Below, in pieces: positions 1 through 10,635 of a stretch of DNA of 64,000 nt. Position numbers and translations under genes: made by a program. The notes beneath the pieces were generated by a model. The model was not told where the DNA came from and ran no database searches. It saw nothing but the letters and a program-made list of their open reading frames with translations. Every line of letters starts with the position of its first letter. The stretch's first letter is position 1. The stretch comes from Laetmonice hystrix (Eukaryota): positions 27,218,001 to 27,282,000 of the forward strand of contig OZ249441.1 in assembly GCA_965235115.1 (NCBI GenBank), given 5' to 3'.

Positions 1-27
1 GTAATATTTGTCCATTTGTACCTACAG

Positions 28-2921
28 GTATCACAGGATATTGCGTAAGGAGAAGTTGAAGACAGAGAAGAAGGAAATGGAGGACCTCAAACAGAAAGAC
101 CCTACTGCATATGCTGATGTGTTGTTACGGATGCACAAAGACCATATCCAGGTCAGTATAAGCAGATGTTAAAAAGGAAAGACGTGGAAAGACTTTTAGT
201 TGAAGAAAAATCTTTAAATGTGTCATACAATTTTTACAATGTCATACATGGTAATAGTCTCAACAAGTGTCATACATTACACATCCCCTAAATGTACTAT
301 CACTCATGAATATCTTGGATCTGTCTCAGCCAACTTTTGTTTTGCATAACACAATGCCAACTAAAGAAGTCAATTTCCGACGAGCTGCAACTCTACAGTA
401 TTGGACATTTCATTCTGACCTGACATCTTCTGAGCTCGATGCTTCTTTCTTTTTTCCCCCATCTCACTCCTAAACTTTTATTAGATGAGTTTTAATTTTT
501 ATTAAACAGGAACGTATGAGCTTGAAACACAGAGGAGGTAGCAAGTTCATGGCACGACAGAAGATCTATGGGAAGTTTGATGAGAAGGTAGGTAGATAGT
601 TTCCAAGTGTATTGAAAGACATGCTCTACACAGCAGCAAAGTTCTTACTGATCAGCTTTTCACAGTTTTGAAGGTTGTGTTCAGAATCATCAATGATCTG
701 AACTGTACATGTTAATTGTATTGTAGTCTAAGAACCAATGTCAGACCTTTGCACTCAAGGTCACACACTGGAATGTTAATTCATATTCAACACCGAGATC
801 ACCAGGAGAAAAAAGTACTTTTGTCAAAAAGTCACGCTCTTAAATGTGAACTGTTGCCAAGCAATACCCAACTTGGTATTACATATGTTGTACACTGTCA
901 CCTTTGCTGTTTCAGAATCGTCAGGCAGTAGCCGACATGTTGGAGAAGAGTAAAGAGTTGAAGCAGAAGGTAGTCCTTGAGAGTAGTAGTGAAGAAGAAA
1001 AGGAGGATGAAGATAAAGACAGTATAACCCAACCCTCAGGATGTTCTGTAGGTACCTCGGAAACTTCTTCCTCTTCCAACAACCCTTGGATGAAAGCCGT
1101 GTCAATAAAAAGAGCATCTAAAATCTCTCAGTATTCCAAACCAAAGCCAGTGAAAGCTGTCCCTGAAAACGATGAGAACAGCTCAGATGGTGAAGACCAA
1201 GAATTGGATGAGATAAGGACTAAATCAAAGGAGAACAATACTAAAACAGAATTTTCTGTAGAAGAACAAGTGGATATGGACGATTCTGATTCAGGTGACG
1301 AACCTTCTAAACTCAGTCACCCACAAATTCAGGACGTTGGAATCGAGGACATTTTTAATGTCATTGAAAAGCCTGAATTAAAGGAAAGCACTAAAACCCC
1401 AACTCAACAGAAAGGTAAAGTGAAACAGAAAAATCGGAAAAAAAAGAAAAGGAAGGAAGGAAAAGAAGGAAAGAAGAGTAGTGGCAGAAACTATGAACAC
1501 AGTGAGAGCGAGTCTGAATTCTGTGATAGCGACTTGGATGGCCAAACTGCCATGGAAGACGCTAGGGAAGAATCTGCCAATAAACAAAAGCAGAGGGAAG
1601 GTTTCAAAGGGTCGCTGAAAAGGAAACAAAAGTTAGAGGACTTTGATGAGGCTTTAAGTGATGACGAAGAAGAAGATGTGCTGAGAGAGTCGAGAAATTG
1701 TGAGATGGCTGAATCCAGTGACATGACAGGTGACGTGGAGGTTGACCCTACCAAGTTCGTGACTGTGGAGACGCGTATCAAGTCAAAGATAGCTCCCGAT
1801 CTTATAACTGACGCTGATGACATGGACGGTGATGACCAGGAACAGCAGAGGTTGACCATAGCGCAGGCCTTTGCCTCTGACGACGTTGTGGAAGAGTTTC
1901 ATGTAGAGAAAGAAAGGGTCCAAGAGGAGGATAAACCCAAGGATATAGACCTCACATTGCCTGGCTGGGGCGAATGGGGAGGTAGTGCGACCAAAGTTTC
2001 AAAGTGGAAAAAGAAAAGGTAAGACATTGTAATCCTGGGAAAGAAATATTTGGAATATTTTGTTGGTCAGCATATAGTCTAACTGGTCTGTGGAGTTCAG
2101 AATACTGTCGTCCTATCAAAAGATAAAGTATAACTGTATTAAAGCATTAAACTGAATGCTTTAAATGGTTGTAAGAAGAGAAACTCCAGACTATGAACAT
2201 GTAACTCGCTCTCATTTTCCAACTGATCGATTTTCCTGATGATTTCAGATTTGTCATCAAAGCTCCAGAAGCTCCACCACGAAAGGATAGAGCTCTCAAT
2301 CATGTTATTATCAGCGAATCAAAGGACAGTGCTATCGCTAAACATCAAGTAAGCAAAACAGAATATTTTCTCATAGACTTCCACCCCCAACCCCATATCA
2401 GCGATTGCTTTAAATTTTATTCTCATTTCAATTAAAAAAAAGAGGCCTGATTTATCAAGGGTGAGATCAATGATTATTAAGTGTATTTAATAGACTGAAC
2501 GTTTAACGGCATGCTAGTCCTCATAATTGTATTTAAACGAGCTATTTCGGCCAGATTCTCTACTACAGGAAAAAAGAGTGATGTGATTTTTTTCTGTCTC
2601 AAGGTGACACAGATCCCGTTCCCGTTCACGAGCGTCCGTCAGTTTGAGTCGAGCGTGCGCGCCCCTATCGGTAAAACTTGGAACCCGGAAACGTCCTTCA
2701 AGACTCTGATTAAACCCCGGGTTACAACCAGAAAAGGAACCATCATCGACCCAATAGACCCTTCTCACGTCTTCAAGAAGAAGGAGAGCACTGGGCTGCC
2801 AGAAGAGGAAAAGACTGGGAGTCAGAAACAGGGGAGTGGGAAGGGGAACAAACGTCAAGGTAGCAGTGGTAAAGAATCAAGAGGGAGTGCAAATAAACCA
2901 AAAAGAAAACGGAAGAAATAG
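28..2921 (+). CDS. UTP14: U3 snoRNA-associated protein 14 (SSU processome), 3' part; 5' exons lie left of the window
   Basis: Exons 28-151, 510-587, 916-2018, 2249-2348, 2604-2921, all GT-AG and phase-consistent. The translation has the Utp14 motifs YHRILRKEK...ERMSLKH, NRQAVADMLEKSKEL, DLTLPGWGEWGG, FVIKAPEAPPRKD, PFPFTSVRQFESSVRAPIGKTWN. AATAAA at 3231. Confidence 0.96.
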
Positions 2922-3759
2922 TACAATGTTCTTGTTAGAAATGTAATTTTTACACAAATATATCTGGTGAAGATAAACTGTTGATTACGGAAAATTGTGG
3001 CTCGTATCGTAGAATCAAACTGTAAAGTATCTGATTATAACTGATATCCATCGTGATTGCTTGTTAGTGATGATGCTCATCATTATTTTGAACAACGGGA
3101 AACTTGTGTGTAGGTATATACAGTAACGTGAGCATTACAATGTTCTTAAAGTCAAGTATATGTACCTACTGAAGTAAGTATTTGTTTCATTTGGGACATC
3201 ATTCAATTGTAAAATGAGAATACGATAACAAATAAATTTTATTAATATTTTATTGTGTGTCAAACTGATGATTATATTCATTCAATACTTACTGTCTTTG
3301 ATACCTACATTGGCCTCAAATTTATTAATTATTTTCTTAAGTGATGGAGACCATTAGTTAGTAGAACCTAATAGTGATACCGTTTAGCTTTTCGTGCAAC
3401 TTGGCTAGCTTGACCGTGTCAGGTTTTCCCCCTAGTACCTTATCTCCCGTCCTTCAAGCCAAATTTTATGGAATTTATTACCAGTTCCCTTAACCTAGTA
3501 ATCTTCGTGAACAGTGCTTCCTCCTGCTTAAAACAATTTAGACAGTAGCCAGAGACGATGGTTTATCTGTCAAGTTGTGCTCTCAAGAGTATCTTGGTTA
3601 AACATACGTAGACCATTTTTTGAAGTAGTAGCTCAAGTCGCAGTGATCCCAAGGCACGTTAGATCTACAAACACCTTGCCGGTGACCGCGGTTCAGAGAG
3701 AGAGTACACAGACAGTTTGGATAGGGAGTGGGGCAACAGTGTCAATACTGTACAGGTCC

Positions 3760-3825
3760 TATAAACGCACCGGCCTTCATTAACTGTACGCCCTTCAAAC
3801 AGATTCTGACCGGTGCCATTTACAG
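3760..3825 (+). promoter_or_regulatory. Candidate TATA box plus short non-coding first exon
   Basis: TATAAA at 3760-3765 and a strong donor CAG|GTAAGT at 3825/3826, about 1.1 kb upstream of the 4987 ORF. Linkage to that ORF is not proven. Confidence 0.4.
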
Positions 3826-4986
3826 GTAAGTTATTATAATGTTACGGTTCTCGCAAGTATAGCGTTATTCTGCCGTGAAACTATGAAAGTGTTAGTATCA
3901 ATACCCTGTGAAATTAGGAATTAATATTCGCTTATAGACTGTTCAACGGGTAGACTTTTACCTCGTAATGACTGTTGAGCTTAAAGTAGCTGACGGCTGA
4001 AGTGGTGACCTGTATATTTCTTTCGTTATGTTGCCCGAAAACTTTATATAAAGAACCCAGACCACCATATTATTACTCCGTGCGTTATTTCGCTGAAGTG
4101 GAAGAAGAAGAAAAGCAAGAAACACGTATAATTTAATAGAGAAAGAGTATCCTGCTCATTATTGCGCGTAGAAGTCTCGTTTAGAAATCTTTGGTCCACA
4201 GAATTCAGTATATTGCTGTTCCCTAATGGCTCTCAGATCGTATCATTCAGGGTTGGAGACTAGAACAAAGAAGGGCTGGGGCACATAGATATCTAAATAT
4301 GAAATTATCCTGATGCGATTATTGGCCTATCTCCCGAATCCTCTCCGTGACCTGCGGAGGCCTTCTGTTACAGTAAAACCGTTTTGATTAATATAGGCTA
4401 CATACACTTGATCAATGCGGCCTATAATCATGTAACACATCAATGTGAACAGCATACACTGAGCAGCTACATAGGCCAGATTGATATCTTTTGATCCAAC
4501 TATTGTTTTTACAAAAACATCAAACCGCACTAGCATGAATGATCAAGACTGTTATCTGTTCACATAACTTGGTTGCTAACACCAATGACCGGCCCATAGA
4601 TAGGCCTGGGTAGGCCTATTTTCACGATCTTGATCTATGATATTGGGGTTACGACACCTCCAGGCTTAACCGACCACTCACATAGGGCGTGGAACCTAGA
4701 TCTGATATATGATGCCTTTATTACGAATATACCAGTAGGCCTATGCATGCCTAGATCTCTATGTACATATTAGGTGTATATCAGGCTTGAGGCGTACTAT
4801 ATAGTGCAGTAGGCAGTACCGTACTACCTGTTCTAACGGATACACTGTAGGCTTATCACTGTATTTCAGGCACATCAGACTGAATTCCCACATATTGCCA
4901 GGAAGGGGTGAGTTATTGAAGATTTCGATCCACTTTTACCAACTGGTCAAAGGGCAGCCTCGGTAAGATCTTACCATAGATCTAAG

Positions 4987-6012
4987 ATGCCTCAAGTGAA
5001 GGGAACAGCCACCTGGTTGACGAACGTCCGCCAAGAGTTGCCTCGACAGAAGGTGTGGATAGATCAGAGCAAGGCCCGCATGGAGAATGCCCGAATGGAC
5101 GACGACCTGAGGGAGGCTGTGGACAGATTACATTTACGAAATCATCGCCACCTCACCGACACCAACTACGTGTTAGACGAGGTGAAGAGGGAGGTTGAAA
5201 AGTGGCAAACTATGCAGGAGATCGTAGCTAGGCGGCGTTGTAAATCGGCCTTTGTAAGCCGCAGTTCTGTGCAGAAGGTGGCCACACCAGACAATTCTGG
5301 AACAAGATGTAAAGGAAATCTCAGACACGCAAGGGAACAACCAGTTTCTTCTTCTGACATGAAAAGTCCTGGGTTCCAGAAAGCTTCAGAGAAGACACCT
5401 CGGCCTAAAACAGCAACTGCGGCAACAGGACAACGTGGACTGTCGGGACAGATTGGCCTGTACCCGGTCCAAGAGGACGGCACACCAGGACGGTATGACT
5501 CACGGTCCTCATCCGAGAAATCAGGGAACCCCCATCTGACATCAGCAACTCTCCGCCTGCCGCCGGGGAGGAGGAAACGCGCCAAAGTTTCCGTCAAAAG
5601 GCGGCACAAATCGCACTCCGCCTCGCTCGTTAGGAATAAATCTGACGAAGATGACCGATCTTGGGAGGGGGTTTCTCAGGGTGGACAGATGCGTAGAGAG
5701 CGTTCGAAAACGGCTGGGCCATCACGGTTACGGGTTCGGAGCACGGGGAGCACCAATGACGTCGGAGACGCGCTACTCGCAGACGAACCCGCGTCATTCA
5801 GTCAGCTGAAAGACAAGGTCCACATTGACTACGTTTCTCTGAGTCGCGAAGACTCTAAAAGGACGGACGCGATGAATCTTAGACACACACAACGTGCGTC
5901 AGATCAGATGGCACTTCAAATAAGGATTGATGCATTCTGTAAACGTATCGACGAGTTTAAAAAACGTTGCTCTCAAAATTCGGCTTCTTTTTCAAAAGTG
6001 CTTGAACTCTAA
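4987..6012 (+). CDS. Uncharacterised 341-aa protein (helical/coiled-coil N- and C-termini, basic Ser/Arg-rich disordered middle)
   Basis: Long ATG-initiated ORF that is GC-richer than its flanks and not repeat-derived. No family recognised. Confidence 0.7.
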   Translation: MPQVKGTATWLTNVRQELPRQKVWIDQSKARMENARMDDDLREAVDRLHLRNHRHLTDTNYVLDEVKREVEKWQTMQEIVARRRCKSAFVSRSSVQKVATPDNSGTRCKGNLRHAREQPVSSSDMKSPGFQKASEKTPRPKTATAATGQRGLSGQIGLYPVQEDGTPGRYDSRSSSEKSGNPHLTSATLRLPPGRRKRAKVSVKRRHKSHSASLVRNKSDEDDRSWEGVSQGGQMRRERSKTAGPSRLRVRSTGSTNDVGDALLADEPASFSQLKDKVHIDYVSLSREDSKRTDAMNLRHTQRASDQMALQIRIDAFCKRIDEFKKRCSQNSASFSKVLEL

Positions 6013-7260
6013 CGGATGAAAAGATCTTCAGGACGGAGGTGCATGCCAAGATTGCGACCCCCGTGTACGAGATTTTTCTATATTAGAAAAAAAACTATAC
6101 ACATCTTACCTACTAGACCCCGAGGGCCCCCCCTATTATAGGCCTATACATTTGTAGTATAGGTAGGCATAGATTCTAAGAGATTTGTTTAACGGTCCGT
6201 TAGAGGAGAAACATAGGCCTACCTAACTCCTGCATTACTAATTAGGCCTATCCAGTTAGCCCCCTAAAAGAAATTCCTTGATCCACCCTTGCATGCAGTA
6301 GGCCTATAGCGCAGAACGTGTAACCTATCTACATCTATGAACTACATGTTGTACTCTAGTGCGGCTAAGCCTACTTGAGTTTGGTGAAGTGTTTGATCGC
6401 AGATTTGATCTCAATTTTATCTCTTGCCTGTAACTCTGAGCTTTTGATTAGGTACATGCAAACAGGGAAGTTATCGGAAGATATAAAGATTTTTAGTCAC
6501 TATATAGCGCTCTCAATATATCATAATTATTTATTATATTTAGGTATTGTGCACGTAACAGAACTGAACAAACTGACTTCAAATCACCCGTTTAACATTG
6601 TGACGATAATTGGTCCTTTGGTAAACATCCACTTTCGCATTTGGAGGGGAAGTCCGAAGGTTTCGATGATGTCCTGCTATAGCTACAATATAGGCATAAT
6701 GTTTCGGTCACGTGAAATGGATGAGTCAGGATGTATACCCGTATACCCGTGCACATTGTCAGCGAGACCAGGGTCAACCACCAGACGGACACGGTGGTCT
6801 GGAGCTGCCATAACAACTTCACAGAACGCTGGGAAATTCCCGCCCTCGCGAAGCTGTTTTCCTCTTAGCCAGCGTAATATCAGTGACGTCACTGAAGTGG
6901 TCCGACTACCTCTCCGGCCAACATATAGAACGCCGTGTTAACAAGTTCACGTGATAAAAGAAAACTCCGTCGGCATGGTTATGAAGCAAAGAGTTTGAAT
7001 ACAACCAGATAGTATAGGCCTACAGGCCCCTACAAGAACGGTGCCTCAGACACGCCAGCATCATTCATGGTAGAGTACCTAGGCCATAGCCTACTCCAGC
7101 TAACTGACTTCACAACGTCATCCTATAATAATTATTAATCGTGCCGGATACAGCATCTAAGAGGAGAGGCTGGAGGCGTTTATAGCACCTACACTAAAAT
7201 ATAGGCTGAAAGCGAACACCACATAATATCCAACTTCTGACGGTGTAGTGTAGGCCTACC

Positions 7261-9937
7261 ATGGGAGCGGACACTGACCCGCCGGCCATCGTACTCGACA
7301 CGGCTGGCGGCACCTGTAGGGCGGGAGTGGCCGGGGAGCCAGCCCCGCGGGTCGTCTTCCCTGCCGTCATTGGATACCCCAAGTTTAAGGTATTGAACTG
7401 CCTTCCAGCGTTCTCTAACACAATACGCTACGGTGGTCAAAGATTTATCTATATACAGCCCCCTGTAGGCCTATATTTGAAAAAGTAGTAGGCCTACATG
7501 AAAATCAAGAATATCATGATTGGCGACATGCATATATGAATAGGCCTACACATCGCATGTGCATGTATATAGGACTAATAAGGCGATTGTTGTGATAGGC
7601 CTTATATCGATGATTGTTAGCCTTACCTTGGAGTTACCATATGAAAGACAAAACTCGCGTCAGATCAAGGCGATATATCGATCGTTGCGCTATGTGTTGA
7701 GATACCTGGGGCTGGAGAATGTCGCGATTAGTTATATCATTAAAGAGCATGGCCTTTAGCATCCGAATTTTCATTGTTTAATGTCCCAATATATCATTGA
7801 ATTCATTTTAACCAGCCGCTGACCGGCATTGATGGGCGACCTTATATCGGTCAGACTGCCACCCGCCACCGGGGGATCCTAACCCTCCACCGGCCCATCA
7901 AGGAAGGCCTCATCACAGACTGGGATCACATGGAGGCCCTCTGGAGCCACGCCTTCCACCATGAGCTTGGCCTCAGCCCCGAGAGCCACCCAGTCCTAAT
8001 GAGCCTCGGACCATTCATGAGCCGGGAGAGCCGGGAGCAGCTGGCTGAGGTGATGTTTGAGAAGTTCCAGGTCCCAGCCGTCGCCCTGGTCACTGAGCCG
8101 GTACTACTGACGGAGGCCCTCGGCCGGACCACCGCGGTCGTCGTCTACGTGGGGTACGACCTATCGTACGTGGTGCCTGTCTATGAGGGTGAGTTGGTCA
8201 GGTATAGGATGGCTAATTTGATTTCACAACGTCATCCTAATGGTACCTAGTTAATTCACTTCTATTCTGATGGGAGGGTTGTTTCGAATGATTCTAATGG
8301 GATGGCGAACTTTTTATATAATCCTTATAGGTTTTCTTTTTAAAACGAGAAGCCTCCATTTTTCATTTGCTATATTCCCTCAGGTTACGCACTGTTACAT
8401 GCAGCGGATCGTCTCGATGTTACTGGAGAAGATGTGAGAGACTTTCTCTCGCGAAGTCTGGTACCGGAGAGAGGCGTTTGGTTCGGTTCTCAATGTGAGT
8501 TGGATTTATAACCTATACATCATTATACTACAACCATGCACTAGATTATAGATCTATACAGTTAGGTCGGTTTAGTACACAGGACCGTAGCCAGGGGGTT
8601 GGGTGTCTGACCCCCCGTGCCAAAGAAAAAAAATCATTGGTCTTGAAATTCACCAAAATGCACTTAAATTTTAACATTTTTCAGGGTGCATGCCCCCGGG
8701 CCCCTTAGCTTCGCACTTGCAGTGCTCGCTTTGCTCGTTTTTTTTTTTATACATAATTATTATTTCTGTAACCCCCTGCAACAATCAACCTCCGGCTACA
8801 GCCCTGCAGCTATTGATGGTATAGGCCTAGAAGTACTAAACGTGTAGGCCTGTATGTCCTGAACTTCTGTTTTCGAATACACCGAATACCAGTAGGCCTA
8901 TACATGTACTAAACCCCTTTCAGTATTCAGAGATTAAAATGATAATTCTGTGGACACAACAGGCAGCGCCAACCTGAAATACATTGAAAGCTCGCTATGT
9001 TACGTGGCCACTGAATGCCAACAGCAGACGATGGGGCCCTTCACTACGCTGTCAACGATCGGCCACGAATATCTACTCCCAGACGGTTCGAAAGTCAGGG
9101 TCGGTGACGAGCTGTTCACCTGTCCCGAGGCCCTCTTCAAACCAAGTCTCATAGGTATGTAACGTGTCTTCGGTATATGGTGATATCCGTGTCAATATTC
9201 TTGGGGCGGGTACAGGATCGTGCATGCAATGCCCAGAGTTGGAACCCATATAGCCTACTATAAGTTTATTTCATATAAATACCGGGATATTTATGGACAG
9301 ATCCCCCCATGGTAACTTCCCAATGGGGGAACTCAATCTGCGACACCATTCCTACAAGCCCTGCCCTCTGTACCTGATGAGACTGTATATCATAGAAGTG
9401 ATCACTAGGCCAACAGGCTGACACGTGTTGATGTGTTCTGTGCTTTCATTCAGGGAAACACGTGACCGGGATTCACGAGTCGGTTTATAATGCGGTCACA
9501 AAGTGTGACCGTGATATCCACCACGATCTGTACAGTAACATACTGCTGTTCGGGGAGTCGTGTATCTACCCCGGTACGTTTATAGTTTCTTTCTTTCTTC
9601 CCCTCTTCCTTTCTCATGTCCTTTCTTTCTTCCCTCACATTTGCTCTTTCTTTGTTTTCTTTCTTTCTTCCCTTCTTCTTTCCTTTCGATCGTGTTTTCC
9701 ATGTGATGACAGGCGTATTTCCATGTTGCAGGGTTGGTGCCGAGAATGTCCAAGGAGGTGGCCGCAGTCTCCTGTCATCCCACTGTCAGGGTAGTTGGTC
9801 CGCCCGAGGTGGCCTCAGACTCGGTGTGGCAGGGAGGTTCCATCATCGCCTCTCGTCCCACTTTCCCTGACATATGTGTCACTCACGCCGAATATGACGA
9901 GGTCGGACCTCGCATTGTTAATGTCAAATGTTTCTGA
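7261..9937 (+). CDS. Divergent actin-like protein 1 (376 aa)
   Basis: Exons 7261-7389, 7816-8188, 8384-8494, 8963-9154, 9454-9573, 9732-9937 total 1131 nt in frame. Actin-fold motifs: VFPAVIG, RGILTL, WDHMEALW, GRTT, VPVYEG, LCYVA, LPDG, CPEALFKPS, SVWQGGSIIAS, EYDEVGPRIVNVKCF. Confidence 0.93.
8580..8806. mobile_element. Non-autonomous TIR element (CAGG..GTAGCC type) in intron 3 of actin-like 1
   Basis: Imperfect inverted ends CAGGACCGTAGCCAGG / CCGGCTACAGCCCTG. No clear TSD. Confidence 0.5.
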
Positions 9938-10635
9938 TGACGTTTATGATAGATCATAGATGTGTAGTGATCCTACACATCTATGGATAGATCTAAATAT
10001 AGATCTATTCTTTTTGTATCAAATTCTCCTGCGAGGCTCGACGAAATGAACAGTTTAAAAGACTACGCTGTGCAATATATGCCTCACAGAAACCTGCAAA
10101 TATACCTTATTTATTTTATGCTGCATTTCCTCATCATGTGTTAACAGATGTACCTTTGTTTTGCCAACCTGCTCTTAAACATGCAGGCCGTGTTTAGGAA
10201 TAAAGGTCGAGTAGACCATCGTTAGAAATCTCAAGTAACTTCAGTTTCGTTTTCTCGGCGTTTTCCTTATCTCTTGAGGTTATCACCAGATAAACATTTT
10301 CAAAGGCACGATACGCCATGAAGAAGATTCTTATCAAGAGGCAACAACCATAAAATATGACAACTGGGAGTTCCCCTCATATTTCCCGTTATCTCGCATG
10401 ATAACACTGCATGGGGAAAGGAAAGTAGTATGCAGTCCGTAAATATATCGTTCAGTGAGATCATATTTCCGAGACGTGTCTGTAAAGGGAAGTACAGTTG
10501 TACGTAATTAAGATGCACTTGATACCACGATGTACTTCTTGCAAGGTATACGGAAGTACTTAACACTATTTTATCACTTATATAAGTGTAAAAAGCTCAC
10601 AGTAGCATTCAGATTGATCCCGACTGGACACTAGA

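Noticed and set aside
267-1859. Short or antisense ORFs over UTP14
   Set aside because: They are intronic or antisense shadows of the acidic/Lys-rich exon.
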